From IMG/VR virus record IMGVR_UViG_3300030116_002679, positions 1 through 35,176 of that record: 35,176 nucleotides of DNA. The stretch is one strand, 5' to 3'. How positions within the stretch are numbered: position 1 is the stretch's first letter; the number at the start of each line of letters is the position of its first letter. The notes beneath the pieces are model-generated. The model worked only from the letters and a program-made list of their open reading frames with translations. It was not told the DNA's origin and made no database searches. The position numbers were made by a program, and so were the translations under genes. The stretch is from a virus (taxonomy: Duplodnaviria > Caudoviricetes). Below, piece by piece: positions 7,376 to 15,312 of the stretch.

Positions 7376-8616
7376 AAAACCTGAAAGACCTCAAAAAGTT
7401 CAAGGGCAACCAGCGCGGTGCTGACTTCAAACTAGAGCCAGCTGGCAAGCTACGTTCTCAAACATCTGTTGAGCAGATCCGCAAGCTGCGTCCTGACCAG
7501 GTGAATGTCTTGGCTAAGATCCAAAAGCCAAATGCTAAGAAAGGCGTGTTTAAGTTTCATGTCATCTGCAGGCTTGACCAGCTGCCAGATACCGATCAGC
7601 TGACTTGGATCATTGGCAAGATACAACAGATCAAAAATGAGCAGCTCCTTAAAAATGACGCTGTGCCAGATGCTGATGCTGTGGTCACTATCAAGACCTT
7701 GATCAACAAATATAAGCTAGAGGTTCTGGTCCATAAGAAAGACGTTTGGACTGCATCGCAGCGCCTTGATTATTGGGCCGAGCAGATTGGTGATGAGGAT
7801 GTCAAGGCCCAGGATCTCCCTGCCAAGATCAGTGCCTGCAAGCGTAACCTACGCGACACTGTCAGCGGTGCGACAGTCAACAGATATCTCAGCTGCTTGT
7901 CCCAGGCATTCAGCTACGGCATCAAGGAATTATTCTGGTGTACCATTAACCCGGTCAAACTGGTTACAAAGGAAAAAGAAAACGGTGACATTAACAACTG
8001 GCTACGCGAGGACCAGCTTGCTGCACTGTTGGCCGAGGTGGAAAAGTCAGAGTCAGATCAGCTGAAAGACCTGGTCATCTTCTGTTTATCCACAGGCTGC
8101 AGAATTTCCGAGGCAAAGGGTTTGCATTGGCATGACATCGATTTTACCAGTAACAAAATCAACTTCACGCACGCCAGGCGCAGAGTTTTGGCAGCTGGAG
8201 CCACTGAGGTTGACGGAAAAGTAGAATACGATTACGTTAAGGATGCTGTTGATGAAGGTTTAAAAAACGGCAACAGCATTAAAGTTTTGGACATATCAGA
8301 ACAGCCGGAGCTGCGGCAGCTGCTGCTTGAGCGGAAACTGCGTAGTTCTACGGACCTGGTATTTCCTAACGTGGATGGCTGCAGAAAATCATGGGCTAAT
8401 GCACTGCGCCGCGCAGGCATCAAGGGTTTTAGATTCCATGATCTGCGTCATACTTGTGCCAGCTATTTGCTGCAGAGCGGCAAAAGCCTGGTATATGTAG
8501 GTGCCTATCTTGGGCATAAAGGTATCGCCAGCACTCAACGGTATGCTCATCATGCAGATGAGCTTTCCAAAGAAGCAGGCGGCATTCTCTCAAAACGTAT
8601 TTATAAGAAAGGATAA
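7372..8616 (+). CDS. int: Tyrosine recombinase/integrase
   Basis: STGCRISE (R), LKNG (K), FHDLRH (H-x-x-R), LGH and TQRYAH (catalytic Y); ATVNRYL core-binding motif. Confidence 0.96.
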   Translation: MKNLKDLKKFKGNQRGADFKLEPAGKLRSQTSVEQIRKLRPDQVNVLAKIQKPNAKKGVFKFHVICRLDQLPDTDQLTWIIGKIQQIKNEQLLKNDAVPDADAVVTIKTLINKYKLEVLVHKKDVWTASQRLDYWAEQIGDEDVKAQDLPAKISACKRNLRDTVSGATVNRYLSCLSQAFSYGIKELFWCTINPVKLVTKEKENGDINNWLREDQLAALLAEVEKSESDQLKDLVIFCLSTGCRISEAKGLHWHDIDFTSNKINFTHARRRVLAAGATEVDGKVEYDYVKDAVDEGLKNGNSIKVLDISEQPELRQLLLERKLRSSTDLVFPNVDGCRKSWANALRRAGIKGFRFHDLRHTCASYLLQSGKSLVYVGAYLGHKGIASTQRYAHHADELSKEAGGILSKRIYKKG

Positions 8617-8778
8617 TGTTATGGTAATTAAAGACTATGCGCTTAGGGTTGTGGGCAAATGGTCCCGGATGGATCAATTAACGTGGTTGGGATCATTTGA
8701 AATAGGAGGCAACTATGGCCCCTAAAATAATACGCGTGATGGGAAACCACGCTAAAAACCTCACCCATTCTGCTCCTG

Positions 8779-9162
8779 ATGCAAGAAATAACAATTACTG
8801 CTTTACCCGTAGAAGAAGAAAAAAAGCAACTACGGAGTATCATCCACCTCCTTTTATTACATATGAAAAAACGAGATACAGAAATCGGCAAGCGGCTCAA
8901 GCTGCTGCGCCAGGAAGCCGGACTAAAGCAGGCAGACATTGCCAAGCTAGTTGGCCACTCCAATACAGCTGTAGGCCGCATCGAGCGCGGTGAACAGACT
9001 ATTGATTTAAAAACTATTTTAGCCTATAAAAAACAATTTAATGTCTCTGCAGATTACATCATTGATGGAGTCAATAATGGAAATGAAGATATTTCTGATA
9101 GGCTTAAATTTGCAGAGCAGTATATTGATAGGCTGGAAAACATTCTTAAAAATAGGACATGA
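8779..9162 (+). CDS. XRE/Cro-CI family HTH regulator (probable repressor)
   Basis: IGKRLKLLRQEAGLKQADIAKLVGHSNTAVGRIERGE...FNVSADYII. No S24 peptidase domain. The true start may be ATG 8863. Confidence 0.88.
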   Translation: MQEITITALPVEEEKKQLRSIIHLLLLHMKKRDTEIGKRLKLLRQEAGLKQADIAKLVGHSNTAVGRIERGEQTIDLKTILAYKKQFNVSADYIIDGVNNGNEDISDRLKFAEQYIDRLENILKNRT

Positions 9163-9284
9163 AAGAAACCGATCAGCGCAAAGCACTGGAGTACCTGTAC
9201 AGGCTCCGGCTGCTGCTGCGTGGAGACAAAAAGACGCTCATGGAAGAGCGAGAAAAGGAGGCCAGCGTATCCAAATCTGCGTGA
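9159..9284 (+). CDS. Small hypothetical protein (41 aa, MKETDQRKALEYLYRLRLLL...)
   Basis: Hand-translated; ATGA overlap with the repressor stop; ends immediately before the first att arm repeat. Confidence 0.55.
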   Translation: MKETDQRKALEYLYRLRLLLRGDKKTLMEEREKEASVSKSA

Positions 9285-9358
9285 AATATTCACAAGATAT
9301 TCACAATTGCCGGTACTGGCTGGATGCTGGTACCCGCAATCCGTTGCAAATACTGCAC

Positions 9359-9405
9359 GGAGATGGATGCGTCACTGGTGGGCGCCCCGGTCTTCAAAAC
9401 CGGGG
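9359..9405 (+). pseudogene. selC: 5' half of tRNA-Sec (anticodon UCA), att core; not a complete tRNA
   Basis: GGAGATGG acceptor strand, D-arm GCGTC-ACTGGTG-GGCGC, 6-bp anticodon stem CCCGGT/ACCGGG, loop CTTCAAA with TCA at 9394-9396. No variable arm, T-arm or 3' acceptor strand follows. Confidence 0.88.
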
Positions 9406-9416
9406 TGCTATAGTAA

Positions 9417-9429
9417 TATCAACAACTTA
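9417..9429 (+). promoter_or_regulatory. IHF binding site
   Basis: TATCAACAACTTA is an exact match to WATCAANNNNTTR, between the core and the right-arm repeats. Confidence 0.75.
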
Positions 9430-9492
9430 ACAGCAAAAAGTATATTCACAAATGTTCACAATTGCAGAAAATATTCACAATTATGTTCACAA

Positions 9493-9573
9493 TTAATAAC
9501 GCTTTTTCCTGCCGCGCTTCTTCTTTTTCAGGGCCTTACCTTTGCCCTTCTTCATCTTGCTTTTGTATCTCAT
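9493..9573 (-). CDS. Very basic 26-aa peptide (MRYKSKMKKGKGKALKKKKRGRKKRY)
   Basis: TGATG coupling to the endolysin stop; its stop codon abuts the last att arm repeat. Confidence 0.55.
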   Translation of the reverse strand: MRYKSKMKKGKGKALKKKKRGRKKRY

Positions 9574-10082
9574 CATTCTGGTAATCCTGGGGTGTATTTT
9601 ACTGTGCCGTTTTCATCACGGCTGGCGGTTAAAACTTTGTTTTCATTGTTGCCAGTTAGGTCATAACTAACATGGACCCATCCACTGTGCGGCCCTTTAC
9701 TTTCACGATAAAATTCAAGAATGAGCTGTGAAAATTTCAGATTGTCTCTGATCCACATAGCCAGCTCCAGGTTGCTTACCTCGACATCAAAAACCTCGAT
9801 ATCTGCAGCAGACTTATACACGTTGCCATGATCGTCTTCACTGCAGCAATGTGAACTCGTTTTTGACCCTCCCACCAAAGCATTAACCTCAGGTGAGCGG
9901 TAACAGCTGTTCACCTTAACTGGACCAAACCGATCACGCACCGGCTGCAGAACTTTCTGCGCCAGTGTCGTTATCGCTATTAGTGCTTTTTTGGGTGGCT
10001 TGTTAGAAAGCCCGTTTCTGATCGCTGTGGTGCTGGCAGTCAGTTCTTCAATCGTAAAATTCTTGCTGACTCGGACTGCCAT
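9573..10082 (-). CDS. Endolysin, peptidase M15 (D-Ala-D-Ala carboxypeptidase-like) family
   Basis: SKNFTIEEL, LQPVRDRFG, SCYRSPEVN...VGG...SSH, AADI, QLILEF, GWVHVSY (Zn ligands H, D, H). Start placed at MAVRVSKNF. Confidence 0.92.
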   Translation of the reverse strand: MAVRVSKNFTIEELTASTTAIRNGLSNKPPKKALIAITTLAQKVLQPVRDRFGPVKVNSCYRSPEVNALVGGSKTSSHCCSEDDHGNVYKSAADIEVFDVEVSNLELAMWIRDNLKFSQLILEFYRESKGPHSGWVHVSYDLTGNNENKVLTASRDENGTVKYTPGLPE

Positions 10083-10086
10083 CAGA

Positions 10087-10356
10087 TCATCCCTTGACCA
10101 GATCGAGGAGGGATTTATGGTTATGGCTACTATCATCATTAATAGCGCCATCCAGTGCCTCCCTGGCTTCTTTTGGTAGCTTATCAAGATGTTCTTCTAA
10201 GTTTTTTTCAACAAAATCAGTGGCCTTATCTTTTACGATTTCAGCCAACATGTTCCCTATCATTGGCAAAACTAAATTCAGCATGGGTTCCTTTCCTTCA
10301 GCTGTGTCCGGCGTACCGAACAGTTTTAAAAAAAAATTAAGCATTCTGTTTTTCAC
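10087..10356 (-). CDS. Hypothetical protein in lysis module
   Basis: 89-aa ORF with AAGGAGG upstream and an amphipathic segment. Confidence 0.65.
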   Translation of the reverse strand: MKNRMLNFFLKLFGTPDTAEGKEPMLNLVLPMIGNMLAEIVKDKATDFVEKNLEEHLDKLPKEAREALDGAINDDSSHNHKSLLDLVKG

Positions 10357-10708
10357 CTCCTTCCTTAAGTTCCTCAGTTACAGATGCACTATTATCTGTG
10401 TCTTGGGATTTAGTCATATCGCTAGACGCATCACCAAAATAAAAGGCGCCTAATTGTGCTAAAATGACGGTGAGACTACCCACCATTACCTGGGTTAAAC
10501 TGGATATTTTGTCGGACATCTCACCTTCAAAAATAAACAAAAAATAGATAGTGGCGCTGTAAACACCAAGAACTAAAATTGCTAGTAAAAATCTAAATCT
10601 AGCCCGCGATAATTGAATGCGGTCTTGCACTGACATACCGTTGCCATTTTTCTTTTTTGGTTCAGGATCTGTTCTAACTATTTTCTCAATCGTTTCAGCC
10701 ACGGCCAC
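10337..10708 (-). CDS. Putative holin (two transmembrane helices)
   Basis: FLLAILVLGVYSATIYFLFIF and VMVGSLTVILAQLGAFYFG; upstream of the endolysin. Confidence 0.65.
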   Translation of the reverse strand: MAVAETIEKIVRTDPEPKKKNGNGMSVQDRIQLSRARFRFLLAILVLGVYSATIYFLFIFEGEMSDKISSLTQVMVGSLTVILAQLGAFYFGDASSDMTKSQDTDNSASVTEELKEGGEKQNA

Positions 10709-11135
10709 CTCCTATTCTCCCGGAAATTATAAAATCCTTCATGGTTTCCAGCTCCCGCTCTAGGTTGGTCATCTTGGAATTTATTGCAGCAATATCAGTT
10801 TTAACTTCAATAATGTCCGTTTTGTCCAGGCTTTCCCGTACCAGGTTCTGCAGTTCATCAGTCAACTTAATTCTATCCTGCCGGGCCTGTGTCTCTGTGC
10901 GGAAAAAATACAGTGCCAAAACCAGCAGCATAGCTCCAACTATTCCCTGACCCATAAACATATCCACCAACATATTTGGCAGCTCGTTCAGGCTGCTCTG
11001 CTGCGGCTGTGGTTGCGGCTGGTAATATTGTGGCGGCGGCCCTTCACCCATGCCTGGATGCTGTGCCATAAGTTTGTCAGCAGCTGCCGGGCTGCTTATT
11101 GCCATAAATAGGCTTATTAAAATTATTGTTCTCAT
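10695..11135 (-). CDS. Membrane protein: signal peptide, P/Q linker, TM helix, coiled coil (holin/antiholin-like)
   Basis: MRTIILISLFMAISSPAAA-D signal; QGIVGAMLLVLALYFFR TM helix; heptad-rich C-terminus. Confidence 0.55.
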   Translation of the reverse strand: MRTIILISLFMAISSPAAADKLMAQHPGMGEGPPPQYYQPQPQPQQSSLNELPNMLVDMFMGQGIVGAMLLVLALYFFRTETQARQDRIKLTDELQNLVRESLDKTDIIEVKTDIAAINSKMTNLERELETMKDFIISGRIGGGRG

Positions 11136-13567
11136 AAGGCCATTGCGGACTGTGCTTCAGTTTCTAGTTTAGGCGCGTTAAATTTTCCGCCTAATGACGC
11201 AGCTGGCTGACGTTGATTTTGAAAATACTGCTGCGTGTTTTGTATAAATGATGCTTCTAGGGCCTGGTCTACCGGCTGACCAAGAAACCTGGAAAGGCTG
11301 GCGCGTTGACTGAGATCCAGCTGCGGTGGCTTGGTCATAAATGCTTCCATCATCCGGCGCACCTGGTCCTGGTATAATCTTGGGAAAACCGCATTCAAGG
11401 TTTCCATGTGTTCTTTGGCCAGTGATCCAGCTGCTAGATGCTGCAGCGCACGGTTAGGATCATTCACAATCTCAACGTGCCGCATGAATCGCATGATGTC
11501 CGGCATGGGTGGCAGCAGGCTGTCATCCTGGTTAAAGACTACTTGCTTTCCTGCAATCGGATTCATCGGTAGCTTTTGACTGAGATGGCTGACGGCGTTG
11601 CTCATGATCTGCACAAACTCGGCGTTCATGGATTGGTTGCCGTCTACTTCCGGCAGCATATTTTCTATGCGTGCATAGAGTGTTTCCGGGTTACTGGAAA
11701 AGTTTTGTATGTCTTTGCGTATCTTTTTAAATTGTTTGCGCGTTTCCTCCGGGCTGTCCGGCGTAGGTGCTGCAATCTTAATGGTGCTGGCAGCTCCGGC
11801 CTGTGTCAGTTTGCTGATAGTGCTTTGTATTGCACGCTCGGATTTTCCTGCCAGGTTTAATGTCTCGCCGTAGTCTGTGATGCGTCCCATAGTCCGGGCC
11901 AGCAGCAGCTCCCCGTTATCCCGTAAATATTTTCTGGCCAGTGCCGTACCGGCAAACGTAGCAGCTGCGCCCAGGCCGCCGGTCAATAATGAATCTGCTG
12001 CTAGAAATCCTGATGTCGCAAAACCGCCGCCCATGATGTAGCTGGTCAATGGCAGCCGGTTGTTCACAGCTTGCCTAGCAGCTGCACCGGCAGAGATGTC
12101 GCGGATCTGCTTCAGGGATTTATAGATTTCTTTTGCTTCTATAAACTCGGCCTTCACGTTTTTTGGAAGTGCGTCAAATTTCTGCAGGCGTCCGGCTACA
12201 GCATCCAGAGCGTTCTCGGATTCCTCGCGGATGATCCTGGCCATGTCCTGGAAATAATCGTAGTTTTCTGGATTCTTTTTGTAGTCCGCCAGGTTGCGCT
12301 GATACCAGCGTTTTAATCCTTCTGATTCCCGGAATGACAGCCTCTTGCCTAGCCCAAGCGCCCTGGCCACTTGCTCCTGCACGCCAATCATGTTTTCAAA
12401 TGCTTTGTCCCGGAATGCTTCTATGCTCCGCGCTGCACGGCGCTGCTTGGCAACCATCTGAGGGTCTTTGATGATGCCTCTACCAAGTGCTGCCGGGTTA
12501 TCCAAAATTTCCTTAATCATGCGGTCAGCAATCATGTCCGGGTCAAACCTGAGATCTGACACAGGCACGCCGGATTTTTTTGCAGCGTCATCAACCTTAG
12601 TGATTAGGTCATCAATCTTTTGTCCGTATGCTGGCAGCAAAACGTCATCCAGTTCTTTGACTAGCTCTTCAGCGTCATTAAGGTTTTGCAGCACGCCTTT
12701 CTTGTCTAATTCTCTAATGCGCTGACCGAGCTGCTGCACCGCTTCCGGGTACTTGCCTTTCTTAGTGACCAGGTTCCATTCTGGTTTGCGCGGATCGAGC
12801 GCCCGGAAATAGGCTTCATCTGTAATCTTTTTAAATTTACCGGCGCCAGTAGTCAGAACAGTGGACAAGGCCCCCAACAGGCCCCCAGCTGCGGCACCAA
12901 AACCAGCGCCAGCATAAACATGATCTGCGAGTAATGGATAGTTTTGATCATCACTGAGAAGGTAATCACTGTTGGCATACATTGATCCAACCACAGCGCC
13001 CTCGGCAGCTCCTCCAGCTGCACCTTTGACCACTCTACTGTTCAAAGTAGATCCCAACCGGCGTGCGCTGGTTTCTGCTACCAGCTTGTTTCCTGCTCTT
13101 GCGGTCAGGCTCGATGCTGCCCTTGCAGCTCCGCGTGCGGCTAATGATGTCAGACCAAATGGAAATACCAGGCTGCCAATCTCACCGGCTGCTGTCGCTA
13201 TCGGATTAAGATCTCGGTAGGCTTTTATTTCTTCCGGGGTGTATCCAGCAATCTGTAATGCGCCGTCTGATAAACCAAAAGACAAACCACGCATCGCACC
13301 AAAGGCTAATGCTGTACCGGGTGAATCTGCTGCTATTTTCTCTAAATCTTTGCGTTCAACGTAATCGGTAGGTGCGTAACTGTAGCCTGCACGCAGGGCC
13401 AGGTGAGCGTTTTCTGCAGGAACATTGAAGAGCTTGCCCTGGTCATCCTGAACTACAATTTCCTGGCCTGCTATAAACGCATAGTCACCAGAATCAATCA
13501 GCTCACCAACGCGCTCATCTGCTACGTTGACGCCAGCGCCAAGTCTAAAATCCCAAAGTCTTGCCAT
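11132..13567 (-). CDS. Putative internal virion/DNA ejection protein
   Basis: 811 aa, Ala/Gly-rich helical segments (RGLSFGLSD, GAAGGAAEGAVVG); third large gene after the nozzle. Confidence 0.6.
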   Translation of the reverse strand: MARLWDFRLGAGVNVADERVGELIDSGDYAFIAGQEIVVQDDQGKLFNVPAENAHLALRAGYSYAPTDYVERKDLEKIAADSPGTALAFGAMRGLSFGLSDGALQIAGYTPEEIKAYRDLNPIATAAGEIGSLVFPFGLTSLAARGAARAASSLTARAGNKLVAETSARRLGSTLNSRVVKGAAGGAAEGAVVGSMYANSDYLLSDDQNYPLLADHVYAGAGFGAAAGGLLGALSTVLTTGAGKFKKITDEAYFRALDPRKPEWNLVTKKGKYPEAVQQLGQRIRELDKKGVLQNLNDAEELVKELDDVLLPAYGQKIDDLITKVDDAAKKSGVPVSDLRFDPDMIADRMIKEILDNPAALGRGIIKDPQMVAKQRRAARSIEAFRDKAFENMIGVQEQVARALGLGKRLSFRESEGLKRWYQRNLADYKKNPENYDYFQDMARIIREESENALDAVAGRLQKFDALPKNVKAEFIEAKEIYKSLKQIRDISAGAAARQAVNNRLPLTSYIMGGGFATSGFLAADSLLTGGLGAAATFAGTALARKYLRDNGELLLARTMGRITDYGETLNLAGKSERAIQSTISKLTQAGAASTIKIAAPTPDSPEETRKQFKKIRKDIQNFSSNPETLYARIENMLPEVDGNQSMNAEFVQIMSNAVSHLSQKLPMNPIAGKQVVFNQDDSLLPPMPDIMRFMRHVEIVNDPNRALQHLAAGSLAKEHMETLNAVFPRLYQDQVRRMMEAFMTKPPQLDLSQRASLSRFLGQPVDQALEASFIQNTQQYFQNQRQPAASLGGKFNAPKLETEAQSAMAL

Positions 13568-15312
13568 CAGTTTCTAGCTTTCAATCCTGGAACGCTCTGC
13601 GGCGTTTGGTCATATTGAAATTGCGTAGCACTGACGCCCTGGGCTTTCATCTTATTTTTATAATCATCAATCAGCTGCGTGCGGAAATTGCGGATCGATT
13701 TTTTAGCTGTGCCTAACAGTGCTGAAAAACTGTTGTCCATGGTTGTTGGAATCTGTGCTGTGTTCAGGCCGATTTCCCGCTCTGCGTAGTTAGCACCAAA
13801 TCCATTCAAATTCTTAAATGCTGTTTCCAGCTTTGCTGTGATCTGATCAATTTCAGATCTCGTCTGGCTAAAAATTTTAGGTGCAAACCTGGAAGTATCA
13901 TCAAGCAACGGTTCTAGCCTGTTCAGCAAATCATTAGCTGTGTTTGTCAGATCATGGAACTCGCGCATTTTTATGCCTTCTTTATCACTCAATGCCTGGT
14001 ATCCAGCAAACGCCACAGGGTTGCCTTCTTTGTCGTTTATAATAATTGGTGGCACTGACTTAGCCCGCTGACCCTGATTAAGTTTTGCCTGCGTTGCTTG
14101 GAAAGTTAGGAAAATATCTTTGTAATAATTAGCTACAGCCAGCTGGTAAGATTTATCAGTCTGTTCTTTTTCCTGCTGCAGCATCTCGCTGATTCTTTCC
14201 AGGCTGCCAATAGCTGTGGCTTTTTGCAGATTAAACTGCGCCACTCCTTCCATGCGCCTGGTTTCATTTATCAGCTGCTGAATGATTTCACCACGGCGCC
14301 GTATAAGATCCAGCCGTTGGTTTTCTGCAGACTTGATCCGCATATTTTTAGAATTCAGGAATTTATCCTGCTCGTTATCTACAAACGCCATGAGCATCTG
14401 CATGGCCTCGTTTGGTGTCCTGGTCAATGCAGATCCAGCTGCACCAATGGCCGCGCCTAATATGGCCAGCACCTTGTTCATTCCTTCCAGGACTGGCTTT
14501 TGTTTTTCCTGTGCTATGTCTGCAATTTTATCTTCATAGCTGTTGATTTCTGTTGTCAGCTGATCCCGGAGCTGCATCAGCTCACCAGGTTTGCTCATAG
14601 GATAAAAACCGCCCTCGGTGTCATCTATGCTGAGAGCTTTAACCTCATTGATGATGTCATCAAATACTGTTTTTACTTTTGGGTTTGTGATGGTTTCACC
14701 AACCTTGGTTGCTTCCGCATCAAAATTTGTTTGATCCAAGCTGACTTCAGTAGCTTGTGCATCTGTTTGGTCAGCATCCTCATCCTGCACCATCTGCTCC
14801 GGCGTTGTTGCAGCTGCTTCTGTAACTGCTTTTTTTGCCTGGTCTGCTTTCTCAAATGATTCTGTGGTTTCAGTGACCTCAACCTCAGGCTGGTCTGATC
14901 GCATTGCAGAATCACGGGCGCCTAATGTAAAAATGTTGCCCCGGCGGTTTTGCCGCGCACCTGGCAATGGATTGCCTTGTCCTAATTCCATTGATTCCCG
15001 GAATGGACTCATCCGATCTAAACGATTTAATGACTGGTCAATCTCAGTGCCTGCTTGTTCAAACTCTTGTTCTGTTGGCACGGGCATATCGCCTGACATC
15101 AGACGCATAAAATTATCCAGCTCCGGCATAGGCTCGGCAGCTGTGTCAGTCATCGGTGCGTCTGTGGTTGTCATCGATACAGCTGCTGATGTATCACCAA
15201 AACGCTCTTGCAGTTGCCGGTGCTGATCATTCTGATCCGGCTTCAGCTGGTCAGTTCTAACTAAAAAATCGTAAAGTTCTCTTGCTGATTCCAGATTTGC
15301 TTCTGCCATCAT
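13567..15312 (-). CDS. Putative internal virion/DNA ejection protein
   Basis: 581 aa, acidic N-half, hydrophobic LAILGAAIGAAGSAL segment, coiled coils; position in the ejection cluster. Confidence 0.55.
   Translation of the reverse strand: MMAEANLESARELYDFLVRTDQLKPDQNDQHRQLQERFGDTSAAVSMTTTDAPMTDTAAEPMPELDNFMRLMSGDMPVPTEQEFEQAGTEIDQSLNRLDRMSPFRESMELGQGNPLPGARQNRRGNIFTLGARDSAMRSDQPEVEVTETTESFEKADQAKKAVTEAAATTPEQMVQDEDADQTDAQATEVSLDQTNFDAEATKVGETITNPKVKTVFDDIINEVKALSIDDTEGGFYPMSKPGELMQLRDQLTTEINSYEDKIADIAQEKQKPVLEGMNKVLAILGAAIGAAGSALTRTPNEAMQMLMAFVDNEQDKFLNSKNMRIKSAENQRLDLIRRRGEIIQQLINETRRMEGVAQFNLQKATAIGSLERISEMLQQEKEQTDKSYQLAVANYYKDIFLTFQATQAKLNQGQRAKSVPPIIINDKEGNPVAFAGYQALSDKEGIKMREFHDLTNTANDLLNRLEPLLDDTSRFAPKIFSQTRSEIDQITAKLETAFKNLNGFGANYAEREIGLNTAQIPTTMDNSFSALLGTAKKSIRNFRTQLIDDYKNKMKAQGVSATQFQYDQTPQSVPGLKARN

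Larger units (their letters stand above)
9286..9492. other. attP site with arm-type repeats
   Basis: Non-coding gap between convergent operons. Six ATRTTCACAA repeats in three pairs (9286, 9297; 9442, 9452; 9471, 9483) surround a tRNA-derived core. Confidence 0.88.

Noticed and set aside
9359-9450. Complete phage-encoded tRNA-Sec or opal suppressor
   Set aside because: No variable arm, T-loop or 3' acceptor strand after 9405; the sequence turns AT-rich with IHF and arm sites.
9286-9492. CRISPR or mini-array
   Set aside because: Repeats are only 10 bp, arranged in pairs with irregular gaps, and there are no cas genes.
9041-9666. Plus-strand ORFs of 129 and 148 aa crossing attP
   Set aside because: They run through att repeats and overlap better-supported genes, with no recognisable motifs.
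10083-10187. Signal/SAR-like N-terminal extension of the endolysin (MALLMMIVAITI...)
   Set aside because: It overlaps the upstream 89-aa gene in another frame, and the M15 family pattern begins at MAVRVSKNF. Probably incidental but not excluded.
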